In this document: in pieces, positions 11,913 to 21,745 of the stretch
Layout: every line of letters begins with the position of its first letter
Numbering within the stretch: the first letter of the stretch is position 1
NCBI GenBank assembly: GCA_963715985.1
Contig: CAVQSP010000013.1
Location: 384,001-448,000 of the forward strand
DNA: 64,000 nucleotides
Direction of reading: 5' to 3'
DNA from: an uncultured Thermoleophilia bacterium
GTDB lineage: Bacteria; Actinomycetota; Thermoleophilia; UBA2241
Position numbers and translations under genes: made by a program
Notes under the pieces: generated by a model
Told to the model about the DNA's origin: nothing
The model's database searches: none
What the model saw: the letters and a program-made list of their open reading frames with translations, nothing else

Positions 11913-12382
11913 ACGCCCATCACCTGCACCACGACGGTGCGCTCGCGCGGGCGCGCGTCGAAGTCGCAGAACACGATGTTCTGGTAGCGGCCCAGCGTGA
12001 GGCGGCCGTCCACGAACGGGATCACCAGGGACGGCCCCACGAGGCCGGCGCGCACGTGCGAGTGCCCGTTGCCGTCGCCCAGGTTCACGTTGTGCTGGTA
12101 GAAGCGGTCGGCCGGCGCCACGACGTCGAGCGCCTTCTGCACGTCCTCTACCACGCCGGGCTCGTACTCGAGCGTGGTGAGCGCGCCGGTGGCGCCGGGG
12201 ACGAAGAGCGTCGCGGTGCCGTCGCTGAGACCGGTCTGGCGCACGGCCTCGGCGACCTCCTCGGTGATCTTGATCATGTCGGCGTCGCCGTTGCTCGCGA
12301 ACTCGATCGAGCCCGTGATCACGCGGACGAGGCCTTCACGCACGTGGTCCTTGTGCTTGCCGTTGACGAATACGGTCGCCAT
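11909..12382 (-). CDS. yjbQ: YjbQ family (secondary thiamine-phosphate synthase-like) protein
   Basis: FVPGATGALTTLEYEPG, HN..DGNGHSHVRA, LGRYQNI..CDFD. Confidence 0.9.
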   Translation of the reverse strand: MATVFVNGKHKDHVREGLVRVITGSIEFASNGDADMIKITEEVAEAVRQTGLSDGTATLFVPGATGALTTLEYEPGVVEDVQKALDVVAPADRFYQHNVNLGDGNGHSHVRAGLVGPSLVIPFVDGRLTLGRYQNIVFCDFDARPRERTVVVQVMGV

Positions 12383-12396
12383 TGGGTCCCTTCCTC

Positions 12397-14214
12397 TCAG
12401 GTGGTCGCGTCCTCGGCGGGGTACGCGCAGGGGGTAAGTGAGACGTTGTCGACGAGGCGGATGGCGCCCAGGCGGGCGGCGGCGATGAGCAGCGAGCCGG
12501 GGGCGATGTGCATGCGTGGCTCGAAGGTGTCCGGGTCCACGATGGCGAGGTAGTCCAGGTCGAAGGCGGTGGCTGCGGGCGGCGCCTCGCCGCGCAGGGC
12601 GGCCGCGCGCTCGTCCAGGGCGAGGCTAGCCCCCGGCATGAGCAGCGCACTGGCCGCAGCTACGACCACGTCCTTGACGCCGGCGCGCGGCCCGCCTGCG
12701 GCGGCCGCGCCCGCCATGAGGGCGGCGTACAGGTTGGGGGCCACGGCGCGCTGCTCGGCCGTAAGGTAGGCGTTGCGCGAGCTCATGGCGAGGCCGTCCG
12801 GCTCGCGCACCGTGGGCACTCCCACGACGTCGACGGAGATGTCCAGGTCGCGCACGAAGCGGCGCACCACGGCGAGCTGCTGGGCGTCCTTCTGGCCCAG
12901 AAGCAGGACGTCCGGGCGCACGATGCCCAGCAGCTTGGTGACGACGAGTGCCATGCCGTCGAAGTGCCCGGGGCGGTGAGCGCCCTCGTACTGGTCGGTG
13001 AGCGGTCCGCGCACCTGCACGCCGGTAGCGGACGCCTCCGGGTACATCTCCGTGGCCGCCGGGGCGAACACGAGCTCCACGCCGCGACCCTCGAGCAGGG
13101 CGAAGTCGCGCGCCTCGTCGCGGGGGTACGCGGCGAAGTCCTCGCCGGCGCCGAACTGCGTCGGGTTCACGAAGACGGACGCGGCCACCGTCGCGCAGCG
13201 CGACCGGGCCGCGTCCACCAGGCTGAGGTGGCCCTCGTGGAGGGCGCCCATCGTGGGCACGAAGCCGAGCGGCCGCGGCAGGCCGGCGAGGGCGGCGCGC
13301 GCCTCTGCCTTGGTGCGCGCGACGATCACTGGTCGCCCTCCGGCGCCGAGCAGCTCGCGCAGCGTGGCGACCTGCTCGTCGTCGAGGCGCGGCGCCGCCA
13401 GCGTGAGCGCCTCGAGGCTCAGGGCCCGGTACGTCGCCGCGAGCCGCGGGCTCTCGCGGTCGAGCAGGCGCAGGTGGGCGCGCACGGTGCCCACGTCGCC
13501 GCGCGCCACCGGACCGGTGAGCGCGTGCGCGGGGTCGCCGCTCATCAGCAGGTTGTCCATGGTGGTGCGCAGCAGGATGGAGAGGTGCTGGAGGCCCTGG
13601 CCGTCGCGGGTGGCCTCGTCCATGAGGCGTTTGGCCTCGCTCTCCAGGGCCACGAGCAGGTTGCAGCCGACCACCGCCGAGAGGTGGTAGAGCGTCTTGC
13701 GCTCGTCGTCGAGACGGAACGGCTTCATGCCGAGCCGGACGGCGAGCTGCTCGCCGAGCTCCAGGTCGCGCTCCTCGTGCGCCGTCACGGCGCACGGTAC
13801 GTCGCGCAGCAACTCGGCGCGGGACTCGCCGGCGAACGTCTGCAGGGGGTGCAGGCACAGCACGCGCACCCCCTGCTCGTACAGCGGCTTGAGCAGGTGG
13901 ATGGAGCCGAGGCCGCTGGAGTGGACGGCGACCGGCTGAGGCGCGCCGGGGCGCCTGGCGCCCTGCATGCTCTCAGCGATCCTGCCGGCCACGGGGTAGA
14001 TCTCGTCGTCCGGCACGGCCAGCCACCAGGCGTCCGCCTCCAGGGCGGCGTCGCGCACGCGCACGTGGGGGATGCCGTCGAACAGGATCGCGTCGTCGTC
14101 GGCGTGCACGCCGACAGCGGTGACGGTGAGTCTGGCCTCGAGCAGGCCGGCGAGCAGCGTCGACCCCAGGCGTCCCGGGCCGATCACGCTGAAGCGATAC
14201 GCGTCGATATCCAA
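12397..14214 (-). CDS. panC: Rossmann-like/DUF2520 (PanG-type ketopantoate reductase) domain in frame with pantothenate synthetase; panC moiety 12397-13329
   Basis: N-part IGPGRLG, AVPDD, HSSG, HPLQTF, YH, LTGPVARGD; C-part FVPTMGALHEGH, FVNPTQF, RPGHF, GQKDAQQ, GLAMSSRN, RLVDN. Confidence 0.88.
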   Translation of the reverse strand: MDIDAYRFSVIGPGRLGSTLLAGLLEARLTVTAVGVHADDDAILFDGIPHVRVRDAALEADAWWLAVPDDEIYPVAGRIAESMQGARRPGAPQPVAVHSSGLGSIHLLKPLYEQGVRVLCLHPLQTFAGESRAELLRDVPCAVTAHEERDLELGEQLAVRLGMKPFRLDDERKTLYHLSAVVGCNLLVALESEAKRLMDEATRDGQGLQHLSILLRTTMDNLLMSGDPAHALTGPVARGDVGTVRAHLRLLDRESPRLAATYRALSLEALTLAAPRLDDEQVATLRELLGAGGRPVIVARTKAEARAALAGLPRPLGFVPTMGALHEGHLSLVDAARSRCATVAASVFVNPTQFGAGEDFAAYPRDEARDFALLEGRGVELVFAPAATEMYPEASATGVQVRGPLTDQYEGAHRPGHFDGMALVVTKLLGIVRPDVLLLGQKDAQQLAVVRRFVRDLDISVDVVGVPTVREPDGLAMSSRNAYLTAEQRAVAPNLYAALMAGAAAAGGPRAGVKDVVVAAASALLMPGASLALDERAAALRGEAPPAATAFDLDYLAIVDPDTFEPRMHIAPGSLLIAAARLGAIRLVDNVSLTPCAYPAEDATT

Positions 14215-14381
14215 GCCTTCGACCTCTCCGGCTGCGGTCCCTCCCTGGGGAAGGTACCGCGCCAGCCGCAGGCCTGTGAGACACAGGCGAGATCCCCGTC
14301 TCCCGCACGATGCTGGGAGCGAGGCCTTTGCGAGGGTAGCGTCTCGCGCGCGCGCGGTCAATCACCTGCTACACTACGCCC

Positions 14382-14600
14382 ATGCCGATCTACGAATTCT
14401 GCTGCAACCAGTGCGGTACCGCCTTCGAGGAGCTGGTCCGCAACGGCACGAAGCCGGTCTGCCCGGAGTGTCAGTCCGGCGACGTCTGCCGGCTGCTGTC
14501 GACGTTCGCCGTGCACTCGTCGTCCGCCAACCTCGGCGGCAAGGGGGCCACCAAGAGTTGCTCCTCCTGCGCCAGCTCCTCCTGTGGCTCCTGCCACTGA
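14382..14600 (+). CDS. FmdB family zinc-ribbon protein
   Basis: MPIYEFCCNQCG..FE...CPECQS...LSTF, Cys-rich tail; TACACT 6 nt before ATG. Confidence 0.9.
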   Translation: MPIYEFCCNQCGTAFEELVRNGTKPVCPECQSGDVCRLLSTFAVHSSSANLGGKGATKSCSSCASSSCGSCH

Positions 14601-15626
14601 CGACGTCCTCGCCGCGCTCTGGGCGCTTCGCGCTGAGGTGGAGGCCTGCACGCGCTGCGACCTCCACGGCACACGCACTCGCGCGGTACCCGGCGAAGGA
14701 GATGCCGCCGCCGACCTGATGTTCGTCGGCGAGGCCCCGGGCTATCACGAAGACCAGCAGGGCCGGCCGTTCGTCGGCCAGGCCGGCCGCCTGCTCGAGC
14801 AGCTGCTCGCCTCCATCGGACTCTCCCGCGAGCAGGTCTTCATCGCCAACGTGCTCAAGAGCCGTCCGCCCAACAACCGTGACCCGCGCCCGGACGAGAT
14901 CGCCGCCTGCCAGCCGTACCTCTGGCGGCAGATCGAGCTCATCCGGCCCAAGGTGGTCTGCACGCTGGGCAACCACGCCACCAAGCTCCTCACGGGCAAC
15001 CCGGCAGGTATCACGCGGGTGCACGGGCAGCCCCAGGCCACGGTCATCAACGGCGTGGACCTGTACCTGTACCCGATCTTCCACCCGGCCGCGGCACTGT
15101 ACACGCCGGCCATGCTCACGACGCTCAAAGAGGACTTCCTGCGGCTGCCGGACCTGCTGGCGCACGTGTCGCCGAAGGGCGGGGAGGGGGACGCCTCGGC
15201 GTCACCGGAGCGGCCGGTCTGGCGACCGGCCTACCACGCCGCGCCTTCGCGCGAGGCCACGCCGGCTGCGCAGGCGGACCTGCTCACTGCCGCGCGTGCG
15301 GCTCCGCCTGATCCGCACCTGCCCCCTACGGCGCCCGAGCCCGTCGCGGCGCCGGCGCCGCCGGACCCGGCGTCGCCCGAAGTGGTCGCGCCGCCGAGTC
15401 GATCAGCCCACCGGCGCCGCCCGAAGAGGTCGCGTCGCCGATCGACACGGCGCCGCCCGCCCCGGCCCAGCCGCTTGCGGCCGAGGCTGCCTCCGATGCC
15501 GCGCCACCGCCTGCGGCCGCATCCGTGTCGGGCGCTGCGCAGCCACCCGCGGCCGAGCCGCGACCCGCCGACTCCGTTGCCGCGGCGGCCGACTCCGGCC
15601 CGCCGGAGCAGCTCGGCCTCTTCTAG
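14584..15626 (+). CDS. Family-4 uracil-DNA glycosylase with long Pro/Ala-rich tail (frameshift near 15393)
   Basis: CTRCDL, GEAPG, PFVG.AG, RPPNNRDP, HPAA; tail resumes in a shifted frame ending PEQLGLF-TAG directly before the tsaE ATG. Confidence 0.88.
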
Positions 15627-16142
15627 ATGATCGTCCTCACACTCGCTTCGGCGGCGCAGACGAGGCGCTTCGCGCGCGTTCTGGCCGCGCTGCTCGAGCC
15701 CCCTGCGCTCATCACCGTGGAGGGCGACCTGGGCACAGGCAAGACGACGCTCGTGCGCGAGGTCCTGCGTGCTCGCGGCGTGCGCGGCGCCGTCACCAGC
15801 CCTTCCTTCACGCTGGCGCAGACCTATCACGGCCGCGGCGGCGAGCCACTGCATCACCTTGACCTCTACCGCCTGAGCCGTGGAACGGACGTGGACCTGT
15901 TCGCCTGGGACGACTACCTGGGCGGCGAGTCGCTTACCTTCGTGGAGTGGCCGGCCGCAGGCCAGGACGTGCTGCCGCCGGCCGATGTGCGCCTCGAGCT
16001 CGAGCACCGGTCGCTACGCACGCGGGTCGCTCGCCTGTACGCGAGCGCCGCCTTCGAACGCGCCACCGCCGAGGGGGCGGCTGCGGCGGGCATCCGCGTG
16101 GAGTCCGGCGAGACTGCGCCGGCGATGGAGGCACGCCGGTGA
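15627..16142 (+). CDS. tsaE: t6A biosynthesis ATPase
   Basis: GDLGTGKTT, VTSPSFTL, HLDLYRL, VEW. Confidence 0.95.
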   Translation: MIVLTLASAAQTRRFARVLAALLEPPALITVEGDLGTGKTTLVREVLRARGVRGAVTSPSFTLAQTYHGRGGEPLHHLDLYRLSRGTDVDLFAWDDYLGGESLTFVEWPAAGQDVLPPADVRLELEHRSLRTRVARLYASAAFERATAEGAAAAGIRVESGETAPAMEARR

Positions 16143-16873
16143 TCCTCGCCCTGGAGACGGCGACGACGGCGTGCTCGGCGGCGCTCTGCGCCGCCGACGG
16201 CGCCGTCGTGGCCGAGACCGTCGCCCTGGACGGGCCCGCGCACACGCAGCGGTTGCTGCCCGGCGTGCACGAGGTGCTGGAGGCCGCGGGCGCCGGGTGG
16301 GGCGACGTGGACACCGTCGCCGTCGGTCTGGGCCCGGGCGCCTTCACGGGGCTGCGCATCGGTGTGGCCACAGCGCGCGCCCTCGCCCAAGCCGACGGCT
16401 GCGTGCGGCTGGCGGGGGTGCCCACCCTGGCGGCGCTGGCGCTGGCCTTGGCCGAGCTCGCACCGGGGGCCCGCACCCTGGTGCCGCTCATCGACGGCAG
16501 ACGTCGCGAGCTCTTCGCCGCCGTGTATGGGCCGGACGGGCAGGGCGGCGTCGAGCTGGTCGAAGACGTGTGCGTGGTGCCGGTCGCTGGGGCCGCCGAG
16601 TGGCTCGACCGGCTGGACCGGCCGCTTGTCGGCGGCGACGGAGTCGCGTTGTGCGCCGGTCTCCTGCCGGCGTCCGTCACGGACGCCGGCGTCGCGGCGC
16701 CCACGGCCGCCATGGTCGGCAGGGCGTTCGCACGCGGCGTGCCCGGCGCGGTGGTCGGGCCGGACGACGTGCTCCCGCTCTACGGCCGCGCCCCCGACGC
16801 CGCACGCTGGCAGGGTGACGGGGGACGGGGCATGCCCGCACGTCGTGAGTCCGGCGTGGAGGCCGGCCCATGA
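16139..16873 (+). CDS. tsaB: t6A biosynthesis protein TsaB
   Basis: ILALETAT, GPGAFTGLRIG, PLY; GTG overlaps the tsaE stop. Confidence 0.95.
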   Translation: MILALETATTACSAALCAADGAVVAETVALDGPAHTQRLLPGVHEVLEAAGAGWGDVDTVAVGLGPGAFTGLRIGVATARALAQADGCVRLAGVPTLAALALALAELAPGARTLVPLIDGRRRELFAAVYGPDGQGGVELVEDVCVVPVAGAAEWLDRLDRPLVGGDGVALCAGLLPASVTDAGVAAPTAAMVGRAFARGVPGAVVGPDDVLPLYGRAPDAARWQGDGGRGMPARRESGVEAGP

Positions 16874-17358
16874 GCCTCGAGATCGTCCGCGACGGGCCCG
16901 GCGAGGAGTCCACCATCCGGGGGATGCACTTCACCGACCTCGAGGCGGTCGCGGCGCTCGAACGGCGCACGTTCGCGCTGCCGTGGTCGCTCGCCATCTT
17001 CAGCGGCCAGCTCGCCCGAGAGAACGGGATCTGCCTGGTCGCCGAGGCGGACGGGGTGGTGGTGGGGTATCTCGTCGCGGACATGTTCGTGGACGTCTGG
17101 CACCTCATGAACGTGGCCGTCGAGGAGCGGTACCGGCGCAAGCACCTCGCCTCCGCCCTCATCGAGGCCTACTTCGCCATCACGGAGATGCAGGGCCACC
17201 GCGGCCACACGCTCGAGGTGAGGGTCTCCAACACGTCGGCCATCGAGCTGTACCGGAGCTTCGGCTTCGTGGCCACGGGCGTGCGCCCTGGCTACTACAG
17301 CGACGACCGTGAGGACGCGCTCATCATGTGGAAGGACTGGGAGGGGGAGTCGGCGTGA
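16870..17358 (+). CDS. rimI: Ribosomal protein S18 alanine N-acetyltransferase
   Basis: PWS, NVAV...RRK, LEVRVSN..AI.LY..FGF, R.GYY...EDALIM. Confidence 0.92.
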   Translation: MSLEIVRDGPGEESTIRGMHFTDLEAVAALERRTFALPWSLAIFSGQLARENGICLVAEADGVVVGYLVADMFVDVWHLMNVAVEERYRRKHLASALIEAYFAITEMQGHRGHTLEVRVSNTSAIELYRSFGFVATGVRPGYYSDDREDALIMWKDWEGESA

Positions 17359-18431
17359 CATCTCTCCCAGGCGGCGGGCCGGCTCCCGGAGTCACACGGC
17401 CCGCCGGCGCGTTGCTCTGCATCGAGACCTCGTGCGACGACACCAGCGCGGCGGTGGTCAGCGGCCGCGAGGTGCTCTCGTCGGTGGTCTCGTCGCAGAA
17501 CGAGCTGCACGCGCAGTTCGGCGGTGTGGTGCCGGAGGTCGCCTCACGCCGCCACACCGAGCTCGTCAACGTGGTCGTCGCCGAGGCGCTCGCGGAGGCC
17601 GGGACACGCTGGGACGACCTGGCCGGCGTCGCCACCACCCAGGGTCCGGGGCTCATCGGGGCGCTGCTCGTGGGTCTGGCGGCGGCCAAGGCCATCGCCT
17701 ACCGCCGCCGCCTCCCGCTTGTACCGGTCAACCATCTGCAGGGCCACATCGCCGCCAACTACGCGCTTGGCGTGGAGGCGCCGTTCGTGTGCCTCGTGGC
17801 CAGCGGCGGGCACACCCTGCTGGCCGTGGTCGAGGACGGCGTCGAGTACCGCGTCGCGGCGCGGACCATGGACGACGCCGCCGGCGAGGCCTTCGACAAG
17901 GGCGCCCGCCTGCTGGGGCTCGGCTACCCGGGCGGCAAGGAGCTCGACGCGCTTGCGGCGACCGGGGACCCCGGCTACGCGCGCTTCCCGCGCGCCGTCC
18001 CGCGCGGGCGCGACTTCAGCTTCAGTGGGCTCAAGACGGCCCTGCTCTACGACCTGCGGGGCCGCGACGAGGGCGAGATCGAGGCGCATCGCGCCGACAT
18101 CGCGGCCTCGTACCAGGCGACCATCGTCACGCAGCTCGTGGAGAAGACCGTCGCCTGCGCCGCCGCGGAGGGCCTGCGCCGCGTGGCCATCGCCGGCGGC
18201 GTGGCCGCCAACTCCGGCCTGCGCGGCGCCCTCGCGGCCCGCTGCGAAGCCGAGGGCCTGCAGCTGTCGCTGCCGCCGCTCAGCCTGTGCACCGACAACG
18301 CGGCCATGATCGGCCTGGCGGCCGGCTTCCTGCCGGCGGTGCCGTGGCCCGGCTATCTCGCGCTGGACGCGTTCGCCAGCGACAGCGAGGCCAAGGCGGC
18401 GCGGCCCGCCTCACGGCGGCCGCGCCGCTGA
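17355..18431 (+). CDS. tsaD: t6A N6-threonylcarbamoyltransferase
   Basis: IETSCDDT, GGVVPEVASRRH, NHLQGH, SGGHT, GEAFDK, FSFSGLKT, TDNAAMI. Confidence 0.98.
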   Translation: MTSLPGGGPAPGVTRPAGALLCIETSCDDTSAAVVSGREVLSSVVSSQNELHAQFGGVVPEVASRRHTELVNVVVAEALAEAGTRWDDLAGVATTQGPGLIGALLVGLAAAKAIAYRRRLPLVPVNHLQGHIAANYALGVEAPFVCLVASGGHTLLAVVEDGVEYRVAARTMDDAAGEAFDKGARLLGLGYPGGKELDALAATGDPGYARFPRAVPRGRDFSFSGLKTALLYDLRGRDEGEIEAHRADIAASYQATIVTQLVEKTVACAAAEGLRRVAIAGGVAANSGLRGALAARCEAEGLQLSLPPLSLCTDNAAMIGLAAGFLPAVPWPGYLALDAFASDSEAKAARPASRRPRR

Positions 18432-18594
18432 CCACCGCGCCGCTGACCATCGCCTGCCGGCCCGGCGCGCCGCCGCTCGCCGTTCTCACGCCCGACGCTC
18501 CGCCCGCCGCCGTGCCCGTGTGGCGCTCTCACGCTCCGATCAGGACCATTTCGGCGACCCTGCCTGCATACGCCCTCTGGTACACTCCCGAGGC

Positions 18595-20292
18595 ATGAGC
18601 CGTCAGCGCAAGCCTCAGGCCGCCACGGACCCCCGGGATGTGCCGCGCCGCGCTGCCGAGATCTTCGTGGAGTGTCTGGAGCACGAGGGCGTCGAGTACG
18701 TCTTCGGCATCCCCGGCGAGGAGACGCTGGACCTCAACGAGGCCCTGGACCGCTCCGAGCCCATCACCTTCATCCCCGTGCGCCACGAGCAGGGCGCAGC
18801 CTTCATGGCCGACGCGTACGGGCGCCTCACCGGCAAGCCCGGCGTGTGCCTCGCCACGCTCGGGCCGGGGGCCACCAACCTGGCCACCGGCATCGGGGAC
18901 GCGAACCTGGACAACGCCCCACTGGTGGCGCTCACCGGGCAGACAGACCTCTCCGGCATGCACAAGGAGACGCACCAGTTCATCGAGACCGTGGCCATGC
19001 TGCGGCCGATGACCAAGTGGAACACGCGCGTCCACCACCCCCGCATGATCCCTGAGGCGGTGCGCAAGGCCTTCTTCACGGCCGCCGCCGAGAAGCCGGG
19101 AGCCACGCACCTGGAGCTCCCGGCCGACATCATGGCGACCTCGGTGGTCGGGCGCCCGCTGCCGCACGGCCCGGGCGGGATCGTGGAGGCCGACCCGGTG
19201 AGCCTGCTGCGCGCCGCCGAGCTCATCCAGGAGGCCAAGGAGCCGGTGCTGCTCGTCGGCAACGGGGTGGTGCGCATGCGCGCCGCCAAGGCGTTGCGCG
19301 CCTTCTGCGAGGAGACCGGGCTGCGGGTGATCTGCACGTTCATGGGCAAAGGCGTCGTGGACTCCTCGTCCGACCAGTTCCTGTTCACCGCCGGCCTGCG
19401 CGCCCAGGACTACCCCAAGGGGCTCATGGGGCGCGCCGACCTCATGGTGTGCGTCGGGTACGACATGATCGAGTGGCCGCCGTCCGCCTGGAACCCGGAC
19501 GGCCGCCAGCGCATCGTGTGTATCGACACCGTTTCGCCGGAGATCGACGCCAACTTCGTGCCCGAGGTCGAGCTCATCGGGGACCTCGGGCACATCCTGT
19601 ACCAGCTCACCGGCCTGCTCCAGGGCAAGCCGGTCGCCAAGGTCAAGGTGCGGCCCTACCGGCGCGCCTTCGCGCGCCTGCTGGACGTGGGCGCCGACGA
19701 CGACTTCCCGGTCAAGCCCCAGCGCGTCCTGCACGACTTGCGCGCCGCACTGGACCCGGAGGACGTTCTCGTCTCGGACGTGGGCGCGCACAAGCTGTGG
19801 GTGGCGCGCTTCTGGGAGGCGCGGGAGCCCAACACGGTGCTCATCAGCAACGGGTTCGCCGCCATGGGCTTCGGGCTGCCGGCGAGCATCGCCGCGGCCC
19901 TCGCCGGCCGCGGCCGCACTCGCGTGGTCTGCATCACCGGCGACGGCGGCTTCCTGATGAACGTGCAGGAGCTCGAGACGGCCAAGCGGCTGCGCCTGCC
20001 GTTCGTCGTGCTGGTGTGGAGCGACGGCGGCTACGGCCTCATCGAGATGCACCAGCGGCGGCAGTTCGGCCGCGTGGCCGGCACGCGCTTCGACAACCCG
20101 GACTTCGTGGCCCTGGCGCACTCCTTCGGCGTCCAGGGTGTGCGCGTGGAGCGCGCCGGTGACCTGCCGGGCGTGCTCGCCAAGGCGCTGTCGGCCTCCG
20201 GTCCCGTCGTCGTCGACATTCCGATAGACTACGCCGAGAACGAGAAGCTCGGCGTCGACCTCTGGAAACTGGCGCCGGAAGCACTAGGCTAG
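18595..20292 (+). CDS. Acetolactate synthase large-subunit family ThDP enzyme (no regulatory subunit adjacent)
   Basis: VFGIPGEE, RHEQGAAFMA, TLGPGATN, GDGGFLMN..E; TACACT 8 nt upstream of ATG. Confidence 0.88.
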   Translation: MSRQRKPQAATDPRDVPRRAAEIFVECLEHEGVEYVFGIPGEETLDLNEALDRSEPITFIPVRHEQGAAFMADAYGRLTGKPGVCLATLGPGATNLATGIGDANLDNAPLVALTGQTDLSGMHKETHQFIETVAMLRPMTKWNTRVHHPRMIPEAVRKAFFTAAAEKPGATHLELPADIMATSVVGRPLPHGPGGIVEADPVSLLRAAELIQEAKEPVLLVGNGVVRMRAAKALRAFCEETGLRVICTFMGKGVVDSSSDQFLFTAGLRAQDYPKGLMGRADLMVCVGYDMIEWPPSAWNPDGRQRIVCIDTVSPEIDANFVPEVELIGDLGHILYQLTGLLQGKPVAKVKVRPYRRAFARLLDVGADDDFPVKPQRVLHDLRAALDPEDVLVSDVGAHKLWVARFWEAREPNTVLISNGFAAMGFGLPASIAAALAGRGRTRVVCITGDGGFLMNVQELETAKRLRLPFVVLVWSDGGYGLIEMHQRRQFGRVAGTRFDNPDFVALAHSFGVQGVRVERAGDLPGVLAKALSASGPVVVDIPIDYAENEKLGVDLWKLAPEALG

Positions 20293-20323
20293 AACCTACG
20301 CAATCTTCATCGGGGGGGTCCGC

Positions 20324-21745
20324 ATGGAAGAGATGCTCCGCAACCAGGGCCTCAAGCGCGTCAGGATGCGCGTCATCACCGCGGTGGTGGTGGTCTTCAC
20401 CCTGACCTGCTCGGGGTCCTTCGGCATGGAGGACGTGGTCTCGTCGTCCGGCCCGGGCTTCACGCTGCTGATGATCCTCATCCTGCCGCTCGTGTGGAGT
20501 GTGCCGCTCGCCTTCGTCTCCTCCGAACTGGGAGCCATGATCCCGGAGGCCGGCGGCCTCTACCGCTGGATCCGCCGGGCGATGGGCGAGTACTGGAGCT
20601 TCCAGGCGGGCTGGTGGTGGACCCTGTCTCTGTACGTGGACTCCGCGGTCTACGTGGCGCTGGCACTCGACTACCTGCAGGCCAAGTACGGGTTCGGCAC
20701 CGACCTCCGGATCGTCATCGGGGTCTGTATCGTCGGGGTCTTCACGTTCATCAACATACGCGGGCTGGAGCTCACCGGGTGGTCGCTCACCATCATCCAG
20801 ATCGTCGTCATGGTGCCGCTGCTGATCTTCACGGTGCTCGGCATCGTGAAGGGGTCGGGCAACCCGTTCAGCCCGATGGTGCCGCCGGGGGAGGGCTTCG
20901 TCACGGCGGCCAACCTGGGCCTCGCCATCATGATGTGGATGTACTCAGGGTGGGAATCGATGTCCACGCTCAGCGGTGAGATCGAGAACCCGCAGAAGGT
21001 CATCCCCAGGGCGCTGATGATAGGCACGCCCCTCGTCATCCTCACGTACTTCATCACCGTGTTCGCCGCCATCCGCGTCGCGCACATGACCGGCGCGGAC
21101 GGCTGGGCCAACATGTGGACCGGCGGCGGCGGCATCGACTTCGTCGAGGCGGCCAAGATCGTCAGCGGCTCGGTGCTCGCGTACATGATGCTGATCTCGG
21201 CGGTGTTCTCCAACATCGGCCTGTACGCGGGCTACCTGGCCACAGGTGCCCGGCCCGCCTTCCAGATGTCGCGCGACCGCCTGCTCCCGCGCTTCTACGG
21301 CAAGACGCACAAGAGCTGGGGCACGCCGTGGGTGGCGATCCTCATCATGGGCATCGTCGACGCCGTGCTCATCCAGTTCAACTTCGACGTGCTCATCACC
21401 ATCGACGTCTTCCTCCTGATGTTCGCCTACATCCTCATCTACGTCTCGGTGATCGTGCTGCGCGTCAAAGAACCGAACACACCGCGCTCGTTCCGTGTGC
21501 CGCTGCCCACCTGGGGCCTCACGTTCTGGGTGGCCATCCCCATCGCCATCGCCGTGTTCGCCCTGTTCACCAACGGCTGGGACTACTTCATCGGCGGCTG
21601 GGTCGGCATCCTCAGCGGCCCCATCGGCTACCTGGTCTTCAAGTCGATCTACAAGGGCACGTCGGACAGGGCGCTCGAGGGTGCCACCATCACGCCGGAG
21701 GGTGAGCTCACGCAGTTCGGCGCCGTCGTCGAGGGGGTGGAGTGA
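20324..21745 (+). CDS. APC-superfamily amino acid/polyamine permease
   Basis: About 12 hydrophobic segments, GSFG, SELGAMIPEAGG.Y.W, YSGWE...GEIENP, TPWVAI. Confidence 0.9.
   Translation: MEEMLRNQGLKRVRMRVITAVVVVFTLTCSGSFGMEDVVSSSGPGFTLLMILILPLVWSVPLAFVSSELGAMIPEAGGLYRWIRRAMGEYWSFQAGWWWTLSLYVDSAVYVALALDYLQAKYGFGTDLRIVIGVCIVGVFTFINIRGLELTGWSLTIIQIVVMVPLLIFTVLGIVKGSGNPFSPMVPPGEGFVTAANLGLAIMMWMYSGWESMSTLSGEIENPQKVIPRALMIGTPLVILTYFITVFAAIRVAHMTGADGWANMWTGGGGIDFVEAAKIVSGSVLAYMMLISAVFSNIGLYAGYLATGARPAFQMSRDRLLPRFYGKTHKSWGTPWVAILIMGIVDAVLIQFNFDVLITIDVFLLMFAYILIYVSVIVLRVKEPNTPRSFRVPLPTWGLTFWVAIPIAIAVFALFTNGWDYFIGGWVGILSGPIGYLVFKSIYKGTSDRALEGATITPEGELTQFGAVVEGVE

Noticed and set aside
12508-15630. 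1040-aa plus-strand ORF
   Set aside because: Mostly the antisense shadow of panG/panC; only the part from about 14584 encodes UDG
18420-18540. Short direct repeats CGCCGCTGACCA after tsaD as a CRISPR-like array
   Set aside because: Only two 12-nt copies, no spacers and no cas genes
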